DNA of 64,000 nucleotides, taken from positions 7,750,001 to 7,814,000 of the forward strand of contig CM102287.1 of the NCBI GenBank assembly GCA_046563655.1. The letters are read 5' to 3'. Source of the stretch: Yuukianura sp. NJ FZ-2021. Taxonomy: Eukaryota. Numbering within the stretch: the stretch's first letter is position 1; each line of letters starts with the position of its first letter. Position numbers and translations under genes: made by a program. Below the pieces are notes generated by a model, which worked only from the letters and a program-made list of their open reading frames with translations, was not told where the DNA came from and searched no databases. This document shows, piece after piece, positions 24,044 to 43,200 of this stretch.

Positions 24044-24544
24044 ATGGGTGAGTTAAATCCAAAGTCAAATCTCTCCAATCCAATTCTCAAAAGAAATCGC
24101 TAAGTTTTGTTTTTGTTTTTGAATTTCAGCAGCTCCGGCCTCCTCCACTGCTATTGAAGAACTGTTGCGACAGCTCGACCTGGTCCCACCGCCGTCGTAC
24201 TTTCACCGGTTGCATTTCTACAAAGTAATCATTCATGATTAAATAATTGCTTTCAAATTGACATCTCTGGGCAACATATGATCTTGTTTTTACAGGAGGA
24301 GATGAAACTCTTCATGGCACATCAAATAACACGCCCGGAGGCATTTGCCGAGATAGCGGATGAGATGGCGACAGTTCGGTGGGGTCAACTGGCCCAATTC
24401 GCAAAGAAGGAATTCATCCAGAAACACAAGAGTGAATTGAGGAAGAAGAAACTGGAAATACTGGCGAATTGTGGAGGAGAGGAAGAGTTCATCAAATTGC
24501 TGAAGGATGCCATGTTTACTTACAAGCATCCTGACCTCCTCTGA
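24044..24544 (+). CDS. Small divergent HMG-box-like protein, copy 2 (~115 aa)
   Basis: Exons 24044-24047, 24130-24224 and 24296-24544. PPPSYF..F.KEE.....PEAFAEIA......W.QL....K.EF resembles the HMG-box pattern. Confidence 0.75.
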
Positions 24545-24878
24545 TCAGTTTCAAAATTCTCCATCAATTCCAAAAAATCATCGTGTTGCGAAAATCCGAG
24601 AATTAGGCAGCCCCCACTCGGATTGAAAAGTTCACTTGTGTCGTCGGTCGCGCTCGTCACGAGCCAAAAAAGAGTCAATTTGTTATTGTTTTGATTTTCA
24701 ATTGTTCAATTTGCTACATTTTTTTGCACGTACTAATTAAAAATTTACCAAAAGTTTCATGTTGAAGCCCAACTTGCTAGATAGTTCGTAGTTTAAATAG
24801 AACTTGAATTCAAAACTAAAGTGGATTTGGATTTAAGTTTGTCTTTTTAGCAAATCATAATCAGTAATTCATTCCAGA

Positions 24879-26939
<2,061 letters not shown>

Positions 26940-27805
26940 CAAGTATCGAGCAAGACTGGCAGTTGGCGCGTGAAAGCAATCAATTATCAACCGAAACCTG
27001 AGAATCCGTCCGTAATAACCGTCATTGATGCTTCAGATTTCGTTGTAACAAGTATAACGCTTCTCCTAACGCAGAGAGTATTAATTTGCAACACTGCAAC
27101 TTAATTTTAGTTTTTGCAACTCTATTTTCTAATTGTTAATTTTCCGCACTTTAACGTTATGCCCTGGATTAACAATAACGTATTTAGTAGTTTAACAAGA
27201 GAGTAACAATAAAGTAACAACGATTTTTTGATAATAGCAAACTTCATGAGATTTTTAAACAGATTCGGATTAGGTTTAAGTAATTGTGATTAAATTCGTT
27301 TTGGTAATTTACATACGTTGAGCCAGAACATTTCATCAAAGTCTGAGTTTCGGCGGGACACTGTCAACTTAAAATCGAAAAAGCTACTCTAATCCTTTGA
27401 AAACAATTTCATCTCACCATAATGCATATGGCGGAATGTTCTGATGATTGTACTTTGTTTGTAGGTATCCCGCATCGAAAATGGTGGTACGTGACTTAAG
27501 CACTTCGTAAATGAACATTTTAATGCTATTGTTTTATTATTAAACAATTAACTGTTACGATTACTGCCTTGAAGAATCGTCCGGAATATCCGAAACTGTC
27601 ACAGGATTAGTCAACCTCTATCGGCTTTGGCGTTTCAAATTTGATTTGAAGTTTGTTTTGAAAATGTTTTTCTAAAACAAAGAATTCAAGGTTATTTTAA
27701 AAATCCAGAAAGTCTATCACTTCACAACTAATTAAATCACACAACTAGCGAGTGTCAATTATTTCAAGTAAATCGTCGTCACCGGTTATTGCAGGAGAAT
27801 CAGCC

Positions 27806-28579
27806 ATGGACAAGGATAACAAAGGACATGGGAAGGTCAATCTTGTTGACACAAGAGCAGAACTTGCTGAACTGGTCAAACGAAGAGCAGAAATCTCGGT
27901 AAACATTATTTAGTTCAAACGTCGTTATGAAATCTAATTAAAATCAATGTCGAATATAGTTTAAATCCATCAACTTATTAACTTTCAGGATAGCTTGGCC
28001 AATTTGGAACGTCAGATTTACGCCTTTGAGGGAACGTACTTAGAAGATACACAATTGTATGGCAACATTATACGTGGATGGGATCGATATTTGGGAAGTG
28101 GAACGACTAATCTCGCTGCAGCCAAACCTTCCGTTTCAGCGAATAACCAGAAAACGGATAAAAGAAACCGGAAATTCAAAGAAGCTGAACGACTCTTCTC
28201 CAAGTCCTCAATTACGTCCATGGCTGCCGTCAGTGGCGGTTATGCGGATGCTTCCCTCGAAAAGTAAATCAAACCAAATCGTTTTTCCTCTACTTATATT
28301 GCCAACCATTCCAATTCCATTCGTTTTCATTTATACAGAAACAGCGAGTCCGACAATGAAGGCGGCAATGAAATGGACCCACATCCACCGACTCAGCCAA
28401 CTATCGCTGCAATTCCTCCAGTATCTACTCCATCCCACTCACATCATCACCATCACCATCATTCCTCATCACATCATGCTAAGACTGGTACACCCACACC
28501 CTTTGACTCAACATTGAGCAAAGTTTCCAAAACATCTCATCGTATAAAGAAACCAACTAAGAAGGCTAGAAACAAATAA
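27806..28579 (+). CDS. MEAF6: Chromatin modification-related protein MEAF6/Eaf6 (NuA4/MYST subunit)
   Basis: Exons 27806-27898, 27989-28263 and 28339-28579. [66 protein letters not shown], and a His-rich C-terminus. Confidence 0.95.
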
Positions 28580-29251
28580 TCCAAGTAAATTCGTTCTAGA
28601 ATTTAACAATGTAAAGCCAAGGACGTTGGATACACAAGGACAAGTCCAAAATAATGGATTACAAGGTTTCAAATTAGCTTAAGCATCCATCATTAGTGTA
28701 AGTAAGCAAATTAAAGTTTTCAAAGCAACTTCAGCAAGTATGACGTACATTTTTTCTGTTTCTGCTTTGTCCCTCCGACATGCAAATCATTTTGCAAAAA
28801 ATTGCATGCTGATGACAGTGAGATGGGGGAATTACAGGTTGACGAAAAGCAATGCTTGGATAGAAACATCAATACTCCAGTAGCATGTGGATTCTGGATC
28901 GATACTTTGCAAAACTGTCCCTTTCTCTTTACTTTTCAACCGCACGAAGGGCTGTAAGCTTAGGAATGTTGCTAGGGCTGACCATTTTCCATTTGAGTTT
29001 TCAGCGTCCTCGAACTTACGTCCAGTCTCAGTCGTCCTTGAGCCACGGGCTTCAATGGGCATTGGTGCAAGTAAGGCCTTCAATTAGTTCAGAAATTAAT
29101 TTAACTTGATCAAAATTAATCAACTTAAGTTCGTCTTAAAGTATTTCACACATTTCATTTTGTTTTTCCAGGTATTGGAACTTGCAAAGGAACGCCGGAG
29201 GCAGTAATCCGTGAAAGTGTAAACTTTCGCGAAAAAGCAACTTTTGTTGAC

Positions 29252-34617
<5,366 letters not shown>

Positions 34618-34977
34618 GGAATTGTCCAGAAGGAAAGAGTCCCAATTTAGTCCATCAATTCCTGTCTGTAAATCGCAATCGATGAAAGTCATTTTCCTAT
34701 TAAATCAAAATTTTGAATTAAATTCTCCTTGATTCTATTTCTTCTGAGTCACTATGGCAACTGCTACTATATTAAAAGTTATCAACAAAATAAACAATCT
34801 CCTCCGCGAGACCCAGCTCACTTAAAAAACAGGTCATTTGAAAGTGAGCAGTTGATCGGTGAGGAAGTCTTCCAGCGAAGCGCAGCGAACAGTGACCGTC
34901 TTTACGTGACACTCGGTGACCTTGGGCTCTTTGACGTTCCATTGACTTTGACTTTTGACATGGTGATTTGTGAAAAC

Positions 34978-35408
34978 ATGGGTGAGCACTTTTGATTGTC
35001 TAGTCTAAATGTGGTGCGCTTTACTGGTACACGATTCCATTTGACCTTTGACCTCTCCTTGATGAAATTGTTTTAAATTTCAGATTCAGCTCCACCTCCG
35101 CCACCACCGACGACCAGAATTCCTTCTGCTGAGGTAAGCGAGATGAGGTTACCACATTATGTTCCATTCGTGTGCGTTAGGTCACCGCACCTCACCGGGT
35201 TTGGTAAATCTAATTTTCAAAACTCAAAAAGACGCAATGTTTTTGATTATAGGTTGAGTCACTTCGTGAAGATTTGCTTCGACAAGCGGCTCAAAAACAT
35301 GAAGAAATACGTGTACTTAAGGAAAAAATCGAAGCTTTGGAAAGCGAAATTGACGCTGACTTCGCCACGGCAGAACGTTTGGAGCGTATGGCCTTGGAAC
35401 TGAAATGA
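34978..35408 (+). CDS. Predicted 69-aa proline-rich/coiled-coil microprotein (3 exons)
   Basis: Exons 34978-34981 (ATG G|gtgag), 35084-35133 (|gtaagc) and 35253-35408 give MDSAPPPPPPTTRIPSAEVESLREDLLRQAAQKHEEIRVLKEKIEALESEIDADFATAERLERMALELK*. Confidence 0.65.
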
Positions 35409-35414
35409 TTAACC

Positions 35415-35515
35415 AATTTCACAACGAAACGAAGTTTTTCCGATTCGGAAATCAAAAGATATGAAAAGTCGATGAAACAGTTTGGATCACAGTAACAAAT
35501 TGTCCAGAAGGAAAC
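35415..35515 (+). pseudogene. Partial duplicate of the 3' end of the second katanin gene
   Basis: aaacgaagt.tttccgattcgga.atcaaaagatatgaaaagt.gatgaaaca.tttggatc.cagtaa...attgtccagaaggaaa matches ~34537-34637. Confidence 0.88.
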
Positions 35516-35898
35516 TTGTGTGCTAATTTAGCGAGAAAATTGATGTCCGTAATTCGCAATTGAATCTCCTACGTATCAAAATTTTTAAGTAAAAACGATT
35601 TTCTGCAACAAAAAAAGTTAATTTTTGACAATTTAATTTAATTTACGAGACATTTAAATTATCAGCGAATAGGAGTAGAATGGGGAACTGATGAATGCTG
35701 AGGGTTACACACACGTAACACACTGCGGTGGCTGGAGAGGACATGGACTTGGACATTGGGAAAGGAATTCACTCAAGGAGTTTAGCAACAACTGGCAGTA
35801 ACTTGAGCTGGAACGCGGCTTGATTGTGCTATATCGGATTTGCTCGTATTGTGTACAGCAGAAGGTGATTGGTGAGTATATTTAGTAGCTGGATTGGT

Positions 35899-36805
35899 CT
35901 AGTTGATCTTTTTAGTAGATCCAGTTGCATTTGAAGTACTCTTAAGTCTCCAGGCAGATAATAATTGTGAGGCAAAGTACACTGAGAATCCATGAATCTG
36001 GAGAGCAACGAAGAGAAAGGCGTACCAGAGAAGAGCATACGGATAGCCCTGCAAAATCAACAGATCTAATTAGTCTCAGTTGCCAAAATCTTTGGCTTCT
36101 GTCTACATCTCGCCCTTCCGTCGGCTTCCGGTTCCGAAATGCAAAGACTTTAAATTGACTAACCTGCCAAGTCTGGATATTTTTAGTTGAGCGGGTATTG
36201 ATGTAAGTCCAGGCATCAGAGAAATGAACAAAGAAACCAATGAGAACTGGAACAATTCCATTTCCAATTGTACCGGCGATATAGATTTGGAGAGACTGGA
36301 CACTGTTCTTCTTTATGGAGGAAAGACCAATGAAGGCTACAGGCAAGCTAACACACCACCAATATTCCCAGACTAGGGGCTACAAAAACATAATCACAGT
36401 TAGTGTCGAATTTATCATGGAATACGAAACAAAAACGTTGTCATACTTTAGGTACTTGAAGTTCCTCGACTTCCAGGACGAAAATATCCAGACGATCCAG
36501 CACCAGGGGAGACAATTTGAACAGCATCAGAAAAAACAGTAGAATATGAAAGAAAATGCACGTCTTTAGGCGGGACTTGTTTAGAGCACTGAAGGAATCA
36601 GATAAAACACACAATGTAAAGATTCATATCGTTAACCAGTGATGATTTTACAACAAATCGAATGCTGTACTTGATATTTTCGACTTAAAATAGTTAAAAC
36701 CTAAACGTAAACTCACCTGAGTTGATATTGACTTGCTACACGTTGTCGGTGCATGAAATCGGTCCCATCTGTTCCATCAACCATTGGTCCAGCACGAGAT
36801 GCCAT
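35899..36805 (-). CDS. JAGN1: Protein jagunal (ER membrane protein)
   Basis: Exons 36805-36717, 36588-36447, 36379-36164 and 36048-35899. [46 protein letters not shown], and a C-terminal KKxx ER-retrieval motif (TKKIN*). Confidence 0.95.
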
Positions 36806-37149
36806 ATTTTCTAAGCTATGGCGTAGACTACTACTTTGACTTACAATCAATCCGTTTTTGCTTTTGCTCAATCCACTTCTTCGTTCGTAGTACAAAATTA
36901 ATCGATTAAAACACAAAACAAGGGAAAGGAATGGCAAACACGAAAACTCTCCCTCCGGGAAAAGAAGGAAGAAAATCCAGCAGCAGAACAACTCGATACC
37001 CGATTTTTGTCGTGAATTTTTTAAAAATCTATTTTTAGACTTTTAAAAATCCACTTTTTGAATTCGGCTCCACAAAGTCTGTTATCAAAGTTCTGTTATG
37101 TTTTTATGCAAAACTGGCTTTATAAAACAAGGAGATTAAGAAATCCAAT

Positions 37150-37157
37150 TATCGATA
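37150..37157. promoter_or_regulatory. DRE (TATCGATA) in the jagunal/osa divergent promoter region
   Basis: Exact TATCGATA palindrome about 350 nt upstream of the jagunal ATG. Confidence 0.45.
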
Positions 37158-38828
37158 TAAAATCGATTTAATCAATTTTAGGTAATCGAAGAAAATCATT
37201 TTGGATTTCGTTATTTGAAAAAAGCATCACATAGTAATTAGTAATTTAGTTTTTGATTAAAAACTGCTACTGATTAGCAACTTTTTAACATAGCCCCACC
37301 TACACTTGTAGAAACAAATCAATTGCGTTCATGTCACTTCATGTCTAAACAGTTCGCTATTTGCCGCTAGAAATCGCCCTATTTCCCAAGGACTTCTGCT
37401 GAATGAATTTCGCAAATCCTGTTCTTGCAAACTTTTTTTTCTGCGAAAGCACCCATTGGTTGCAAATTCCAAGTTTACAATTACAAATACAATTTGTACT
37501 GTACAAAATAAATGGGTAACCTTACAATGGAATAAACTTACATCAGTACATGTTAAGACCGTGAGAGGAGGTTTGAACACAAAACAACAAACAGCCAAGA
37601 AACAGCAAAATGGCACCAAAACTTTGGATTTTGATGACTTCATTGTTTTGCAGTTTTTGAGAACCAGTTGGGTAATTTCTTAACACGAAAACAACTGACT
37701 GGGATTTCATTAGAAAAGATAAAGACGTAAAACTGTTTTTTAAATGTTCAACTCCGGTAATGGTATAGAAAGTGATGCTGATGTGTCAAATTCCGAAATT
37801 TTTTGAAGTGCGAATTGCATTTTACGCTGGACACGACACTACAGACTGACTGGTGGTATTGACACAAAAACTTACATCATGCATAAATATTTCATGGAGT
37901 CGTTTGTTTACATTTTGTGAGCATAATTACTTCATCAGAAACTGACAAATAAAGAGGTTTTTGTGTTTGTTTGGGTTTGGAAGTTGAAGTGGAAACTCCT
38001 TTCAGTTTCATTTTCATTCCTCACACAATAACCTTTTAAAAGCATCACAAAACTTTTTATTTTGACAATGTTTGAGACAACTCAATTTTGAGATGCGGTA
38101 TTTTGATACTTATCATGATCCAACTGTTTGGTCACGTTGTTGTTTTAGATCATTAACTTCGGGTTTGTATGTTGGATTCTCAGTTGAAATTTTTACAATT
38201 TATCAATTTTTTATTGTTTGAAAGAATTTAAAGGCGGTTTTTAGCTGAAAAGAAAGCTTCACTTTCTTTTGTGCTTATTTGTCCAAAAAAAGAGAGCAGG
38301 GAATTTTGTTGAGTTGGATGGAGTTTTTGGAGGGGCTTGGAAGACGTGCCTGTTCCTTTGCATGGTCATGGCATTTGAGTTGTGTTGAAATGGGAGGAAG
38401 AGAGCATAATAGAAAACCTAATGCCTTTCCTACCAGACCCAGCACAGAACAACCACTTTTTATCATTCCAACCATTCGACGCAAACAGGGTTCACCAACA
38501 CTGCAAAATTCTTATTTTCGGGTACCCGGTCAACTTTGGGAACTCATCTCAGCATTAGTTTCCAAACATACGATTAAAAGCGTGATTAACACTTCCTAAC
38601 ATAGTGGCTCGTTAATATGCCTTGTGTGAAAATTAATAAATTATTAACACTTTGATTAAAACTAATTTTTTTTTATTAACGGAACAATTTCTTTTTGTCT
38701 AATTAGTTTTTGTTTAAAAATTATTCTCAATTTCGTTTTTCAGTCTTTCTTTGCTAATACAATTGTAAGTTTAAAAAAATTGTCAGTTATAGTTATAATA
38801 CAGAAAAGACAAAAAGCGAACTTGAGAA

Positions 38829-38883
38829 TTAATTTTTGAAACATAGATCCTACAAATTGTAGGATCTATGTTTCAAAAATTAA
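38829..38883. repeat. Perfect 55-bp palindrome (27-bp arms, 1-nt spacer)
   Basis: ttaatttttgaaacatagatcctacaa-a-ttgtaggatctatgtttcaaaaattaa. Confidence 0.95.
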
Positions 38884-39656
38884 AAAGAAGTTTTAAAGAA
38901 ATAGTGAGCCTTGACTCACATTTACTTTAGGTTTTATTAAATTGAATTAAATTAAGAATTAACTTGCGATTGAGATTGAGAGTGCGATTACATTGAGAGT
39001 GAACACTATAAAATTTAATTTTAATTTTAATGTGACAGCGTTAAAACTATCGCGAAAAATTAATGTCAAAAAATGTTTAATATTACAACGTCAACACCTC
39101 ATACATCAATAACATTTACGTATTCGTACATTTTATACTTACACATTCACATTTATATTAACGTTATTTACTGTTACCCACCCGAACAGGTTCAAGTGAG
39201 CGGCGATCCCTGGTGCGGGTTGGCAGAAAAGAGAGACGTGAAGTGGAGAGGGAGAAATGCTTCGACTTGTTTTTTTTTCATCCTTCCTCTGTGCCCATGA
39301 GCCCTTCCATGCTAAATGTGAAATGACTGTGACCATCCACTCCTCTCAACCACGTCTCTCCTCCGCCCTTCACTCAACTCCAATATCACCAACAACTAGT
39401 TCCCTTTCATTCCAAAACTCTTTACCCGCCCTTTTTCAACCACCCTCCCCCCAACTCAAATCCACCCCCACACCCACCACCCCTCCCCCCTCCACTCCTG
39501 ACCTCTCGCCCCACCGAACCCACCTTCTTCCGTCAGAGGTCATCCTATCTAAATGCCCATCCACCACTCAATCTCTCCTACGCCGCCAAGAGAGAGCTTC
39601 CTTCCAAACAGTCAGAGCTTGTAGAACTGTACAACTCGAGGCATAATGCTCTCAAC

Positions 39657-39841
39657 GTACCCACCCGCCCATGGACGGGTACTTACATACCTATATTTCT
39701 ATGGACGGAATATAATGGACGGGAAACTGTGGACGTTATTAGTGTAGGTTCTTGTGGACGTTAAAGTAAAGTAATGTTTTGTTGGACGGCCGTCCATAGA
39801 CGTTTCGGTGCGTAATTACCCGTCCATGCCCGCCCGGGTAC
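39657..39841. mobile_element. Small MITE-like inverted-repeat element
   Basis: gtaccc...catggacgggta at left versus tacccgtccatg...gggtac at right, with internal repeated TGGACG motifs. Confidence 0.5.
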
Positions 39842-40233
39842 TAATGCTGAGCATGCGGAGGAGTACGTTTCGACTTATTCTCAACAGAATGGGAATAGAA
39901 CCAAATCGAGCACTTCTGCCCTCTCATACACAAAATTCACAAGGATCCAAGGAAGACCCGAGTTGGTTGAATTTGCTAACTCACATAGTCAGTCCATCGC
40001 CCCACTACACAACACACAGAACCAACAACATGAACAGTCAGCTCACACTATAATAGTTTTAGTTACTGTATTTTTAGAAGACGGTGGCTCCGAAACGGTG
40101 GGTTCAACAATATACAACACGACGACAGCACTAGTGGTCCGTAAGTAGTCATGTAGAAAAAGAAGTGTAAGGCAACCTAGCAACTAAACTTGGTAGTGCC
40201 CGTGCCTACTTACAGAGACAGTGACAGTGACCA

Positions 40234-43200
40234 ATGACTGGCCCACCACCTCCGGGACAACATAACATGAGACCTGGTGGGTTCCACGGTGGGCCACAGA
40301 ATTCTCTCGGAGGGACCTATCATGGTGGCCCACCTCCGCAGCAGCAACATGGACCTACTCCGACACTCAATCAGCTTCTGCAGTCGTCAGGGGGCGGTGG
40401 GACGGGAGTGGGGAATGGACAGGTCAGTACAGGGAATAGCAGTGGAGGTGGACCAGGGAGTGGAGGTGCTAATGGTGGTGGTGCTGGACATCCAAAGTAT
40501 CCTCCGACGTCGGGCTACGAACATTCAAACTCTTACCCAGTACCACCGCATCCTCTCAAGACTGACACGCAACAATATCCGCCGCCACCACCACCCCCGG
40601 CAGGGTGGCCAAACCAACAGCAAACGGATAGACCACCGCCGCCCCATGTCAACAACTACCATCCGCCGCCACATCATATGCTGGAGCAGCAACAAAATAT
40701 GTATCGGCAGGTAACGTCATTTCATTACATTCGCGATTCTCAATTCACGACTCAATTCATGCTAAAAGTTGTGTCAATTACGTAATTATGCGTGTTTTCA
40801 TTTTCATTGTCTGTGTCAATCCACTCTCGAGGTCAATTCAAAAAGCAATTCAGTTATAGGGATGCCGCGATATATCGGCTGGCCGATATATCCTCCGTCG
40901 ATACACGAATTTAAGAATATCGGCCTTTATCGATATCGGCCGTTGGCATATTTTGTATCGGCCGATAAATCCCGATATTTTACGATATAAATTGGCCTTA
41001 AACGGGGTTTCTAACAGTACCGTTTTGATTAATTTTTGTTAAAATTGGCTACAAATACAAGGTTCTACTGTGAAATTTCGTATTCAAAGTTTAGAAGGGT
41101 AAAATTTCTGTTCAAAAACATCTCCATTTAAACGTCAGCTGGTTAAGTTTTTGTTAATTACAAAGACTTAAGGGCATCTAGCACTTAAAAAATACTTGCG
41201 AATAGCACTAAACAGAAAAACACATTTTGGCGAACTCTTTTTTACAGTCTTCTGCTGTCGACTTGTTGACCTCGGGGAAAAATTGGGATATTTCCCTATC
41301 GGCATCGATCGGCCGATATATCGGCCTTTATCCTTATCGGCGATATGCGGAACTGACATATCGGCCGATAGAGGATATGCCAAAAATTCATATCGCGGCA
41401 TCCCTTTCAGTATCGGTTCAACGTCCAATGTAATATTTAATCCAAGTACGACGGCAAAACGTTGCCGCCATTTTTACGTCAGTTTTCAGCTGTAAATAAG
41501 AGTTAATGGGTAGGAATAACCGGGATTTAGTGATTCACATTACAGTTTACTTCAAGTTTCAGTCAATCTGAATCCATGAATTGAATGTGAAGTTTAAAAT
41601 CGGGTTCACGGGGTTAAACATAACTTTAGTTTAAAATCGCAGTTAACAACGCATAGACCTCCTCCGTTCAAGAATTTATTTGCCGACTCTGCAGTTTAGC
41701 TGCTTCATACTCCAGTCGGATTCGTTTCTCACGCATACTAACTCCGAATTTAACTTTAGTGAAAGATAAACGTTAATGTGTAAGCGCTAAACATTTAAGT
41801 TAGTGCTAGTGTCAGTCAGTCATTTAATTAACACGCAGAAAACGCAACTGGTGAACTGGACTGTGAGAATGTTTTAAATTGAGTTTTCCCATTCTTCTTT
41901 TTACCGCGCTATTTAATTACATTTCACATTCTTGACTTTTGAAAATGAATAGAACGTAAAACCGGTACTTTTTTTTGTGTGTGTGATAAAGAAAAACCAA
42001 TACAAATGACGGCATGTTAAAAATGTTTATCAGGGTTTGTTTTGGTTGAGGCAGGTCAGTATTACTGACACTACTGGAAGTGAAGTGAAGAAAAGGAAGG
42101 GAGAATTATAGTTATAGGTTTACCGTATTACCAGGGTTATACATCTACCGTAATACCGTATATCCCGGTAACAACTTTTTGGGCTTGTATTATTACTGTG
42201 CTAAACCAAGATAAGGAAGAAAGGGAAAGCATCAAAACAAAGTGAAAACATTTTATTGCCATTTCTACAGCTGATTCTTTCTAATGAATGCACTTTTCAA
42301 TAGTTTGAATTAACCCGCCATTTCCAGTCAATGTGCTAAAAAGAGTAAAAACTCATGGGAATTTACTCATTGAATGGAAATTGTACGAGGTGATTACGTC
42401 CTCGTCTGACCGAGTTCCATTTACTATTGCCAAAACGCCTGACGATTATTACGAGTGAGTGACTCCCGCCTTTTTTTGAAATTTCGTGTCCCAATGTGCT
42501 TATATTTCGGTTTTTGTTTATATCTGTAGCTTTATAATGTTTATATTTCGATTATGAATGGAGAGTTTCTGGAGAACAAAGGGACATGCTACACAACACG
42601 CACAGGCAGATGTTGCCCTAATTTGATTACGAATCAAACCACAATGATGCTATGTGTTATGTTTTTGCTCTTTTTAGCGAGTTAAGTAGTGATTCACAGG
42701 TTCCAAAAAGCTTTTATCGTGACGCATATTCATAAACTATACTTTATAGTTCCTACTATTATTATTTCTGAGTAATCCTGTTCTTTACTATAGTACTTTT
42801 TACTATATGCACTTTTTACTATGCTTAATGCGTAAAATTAATTGAGTATTGTGAAATCTATTGCGGTGGTGGTGGCATGTCTGTCAAGTGCCGTAATTGT
42901 CTGTTCTGTTTTTTTTTTTTGCTCACGTACTTTTATAAAATTACAATAACGTGGATTTCAAGCCGGTTTAACCTTTGCTGGCTTTTTTTTTTAGCGAAAA
43001 GAATGGTTTTGTTAAAAAATTCATTTTCTTTGTAAAGATCAATACGTTTATGGAGTTGACTTTTTTTCTGAGCGCGAAAATGGAATTGTCCTTGAATAAC
43101 TTGCACTTTTGGAGGGCGGGTTGGAGAAAGTTGGCAAAAGTTTAAGTATGTGCGGCACAAAGGGAGAAAATTGGAATCTGATTTTGAGAAGACGGCCACG

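Noticed and set aside
39257..39646. 129-aa Pro/Ser-rich ORF upstream of osa
   Set aside because: Arises from a C-rich low-complexity tract with no usable splice link to osa exon 1.
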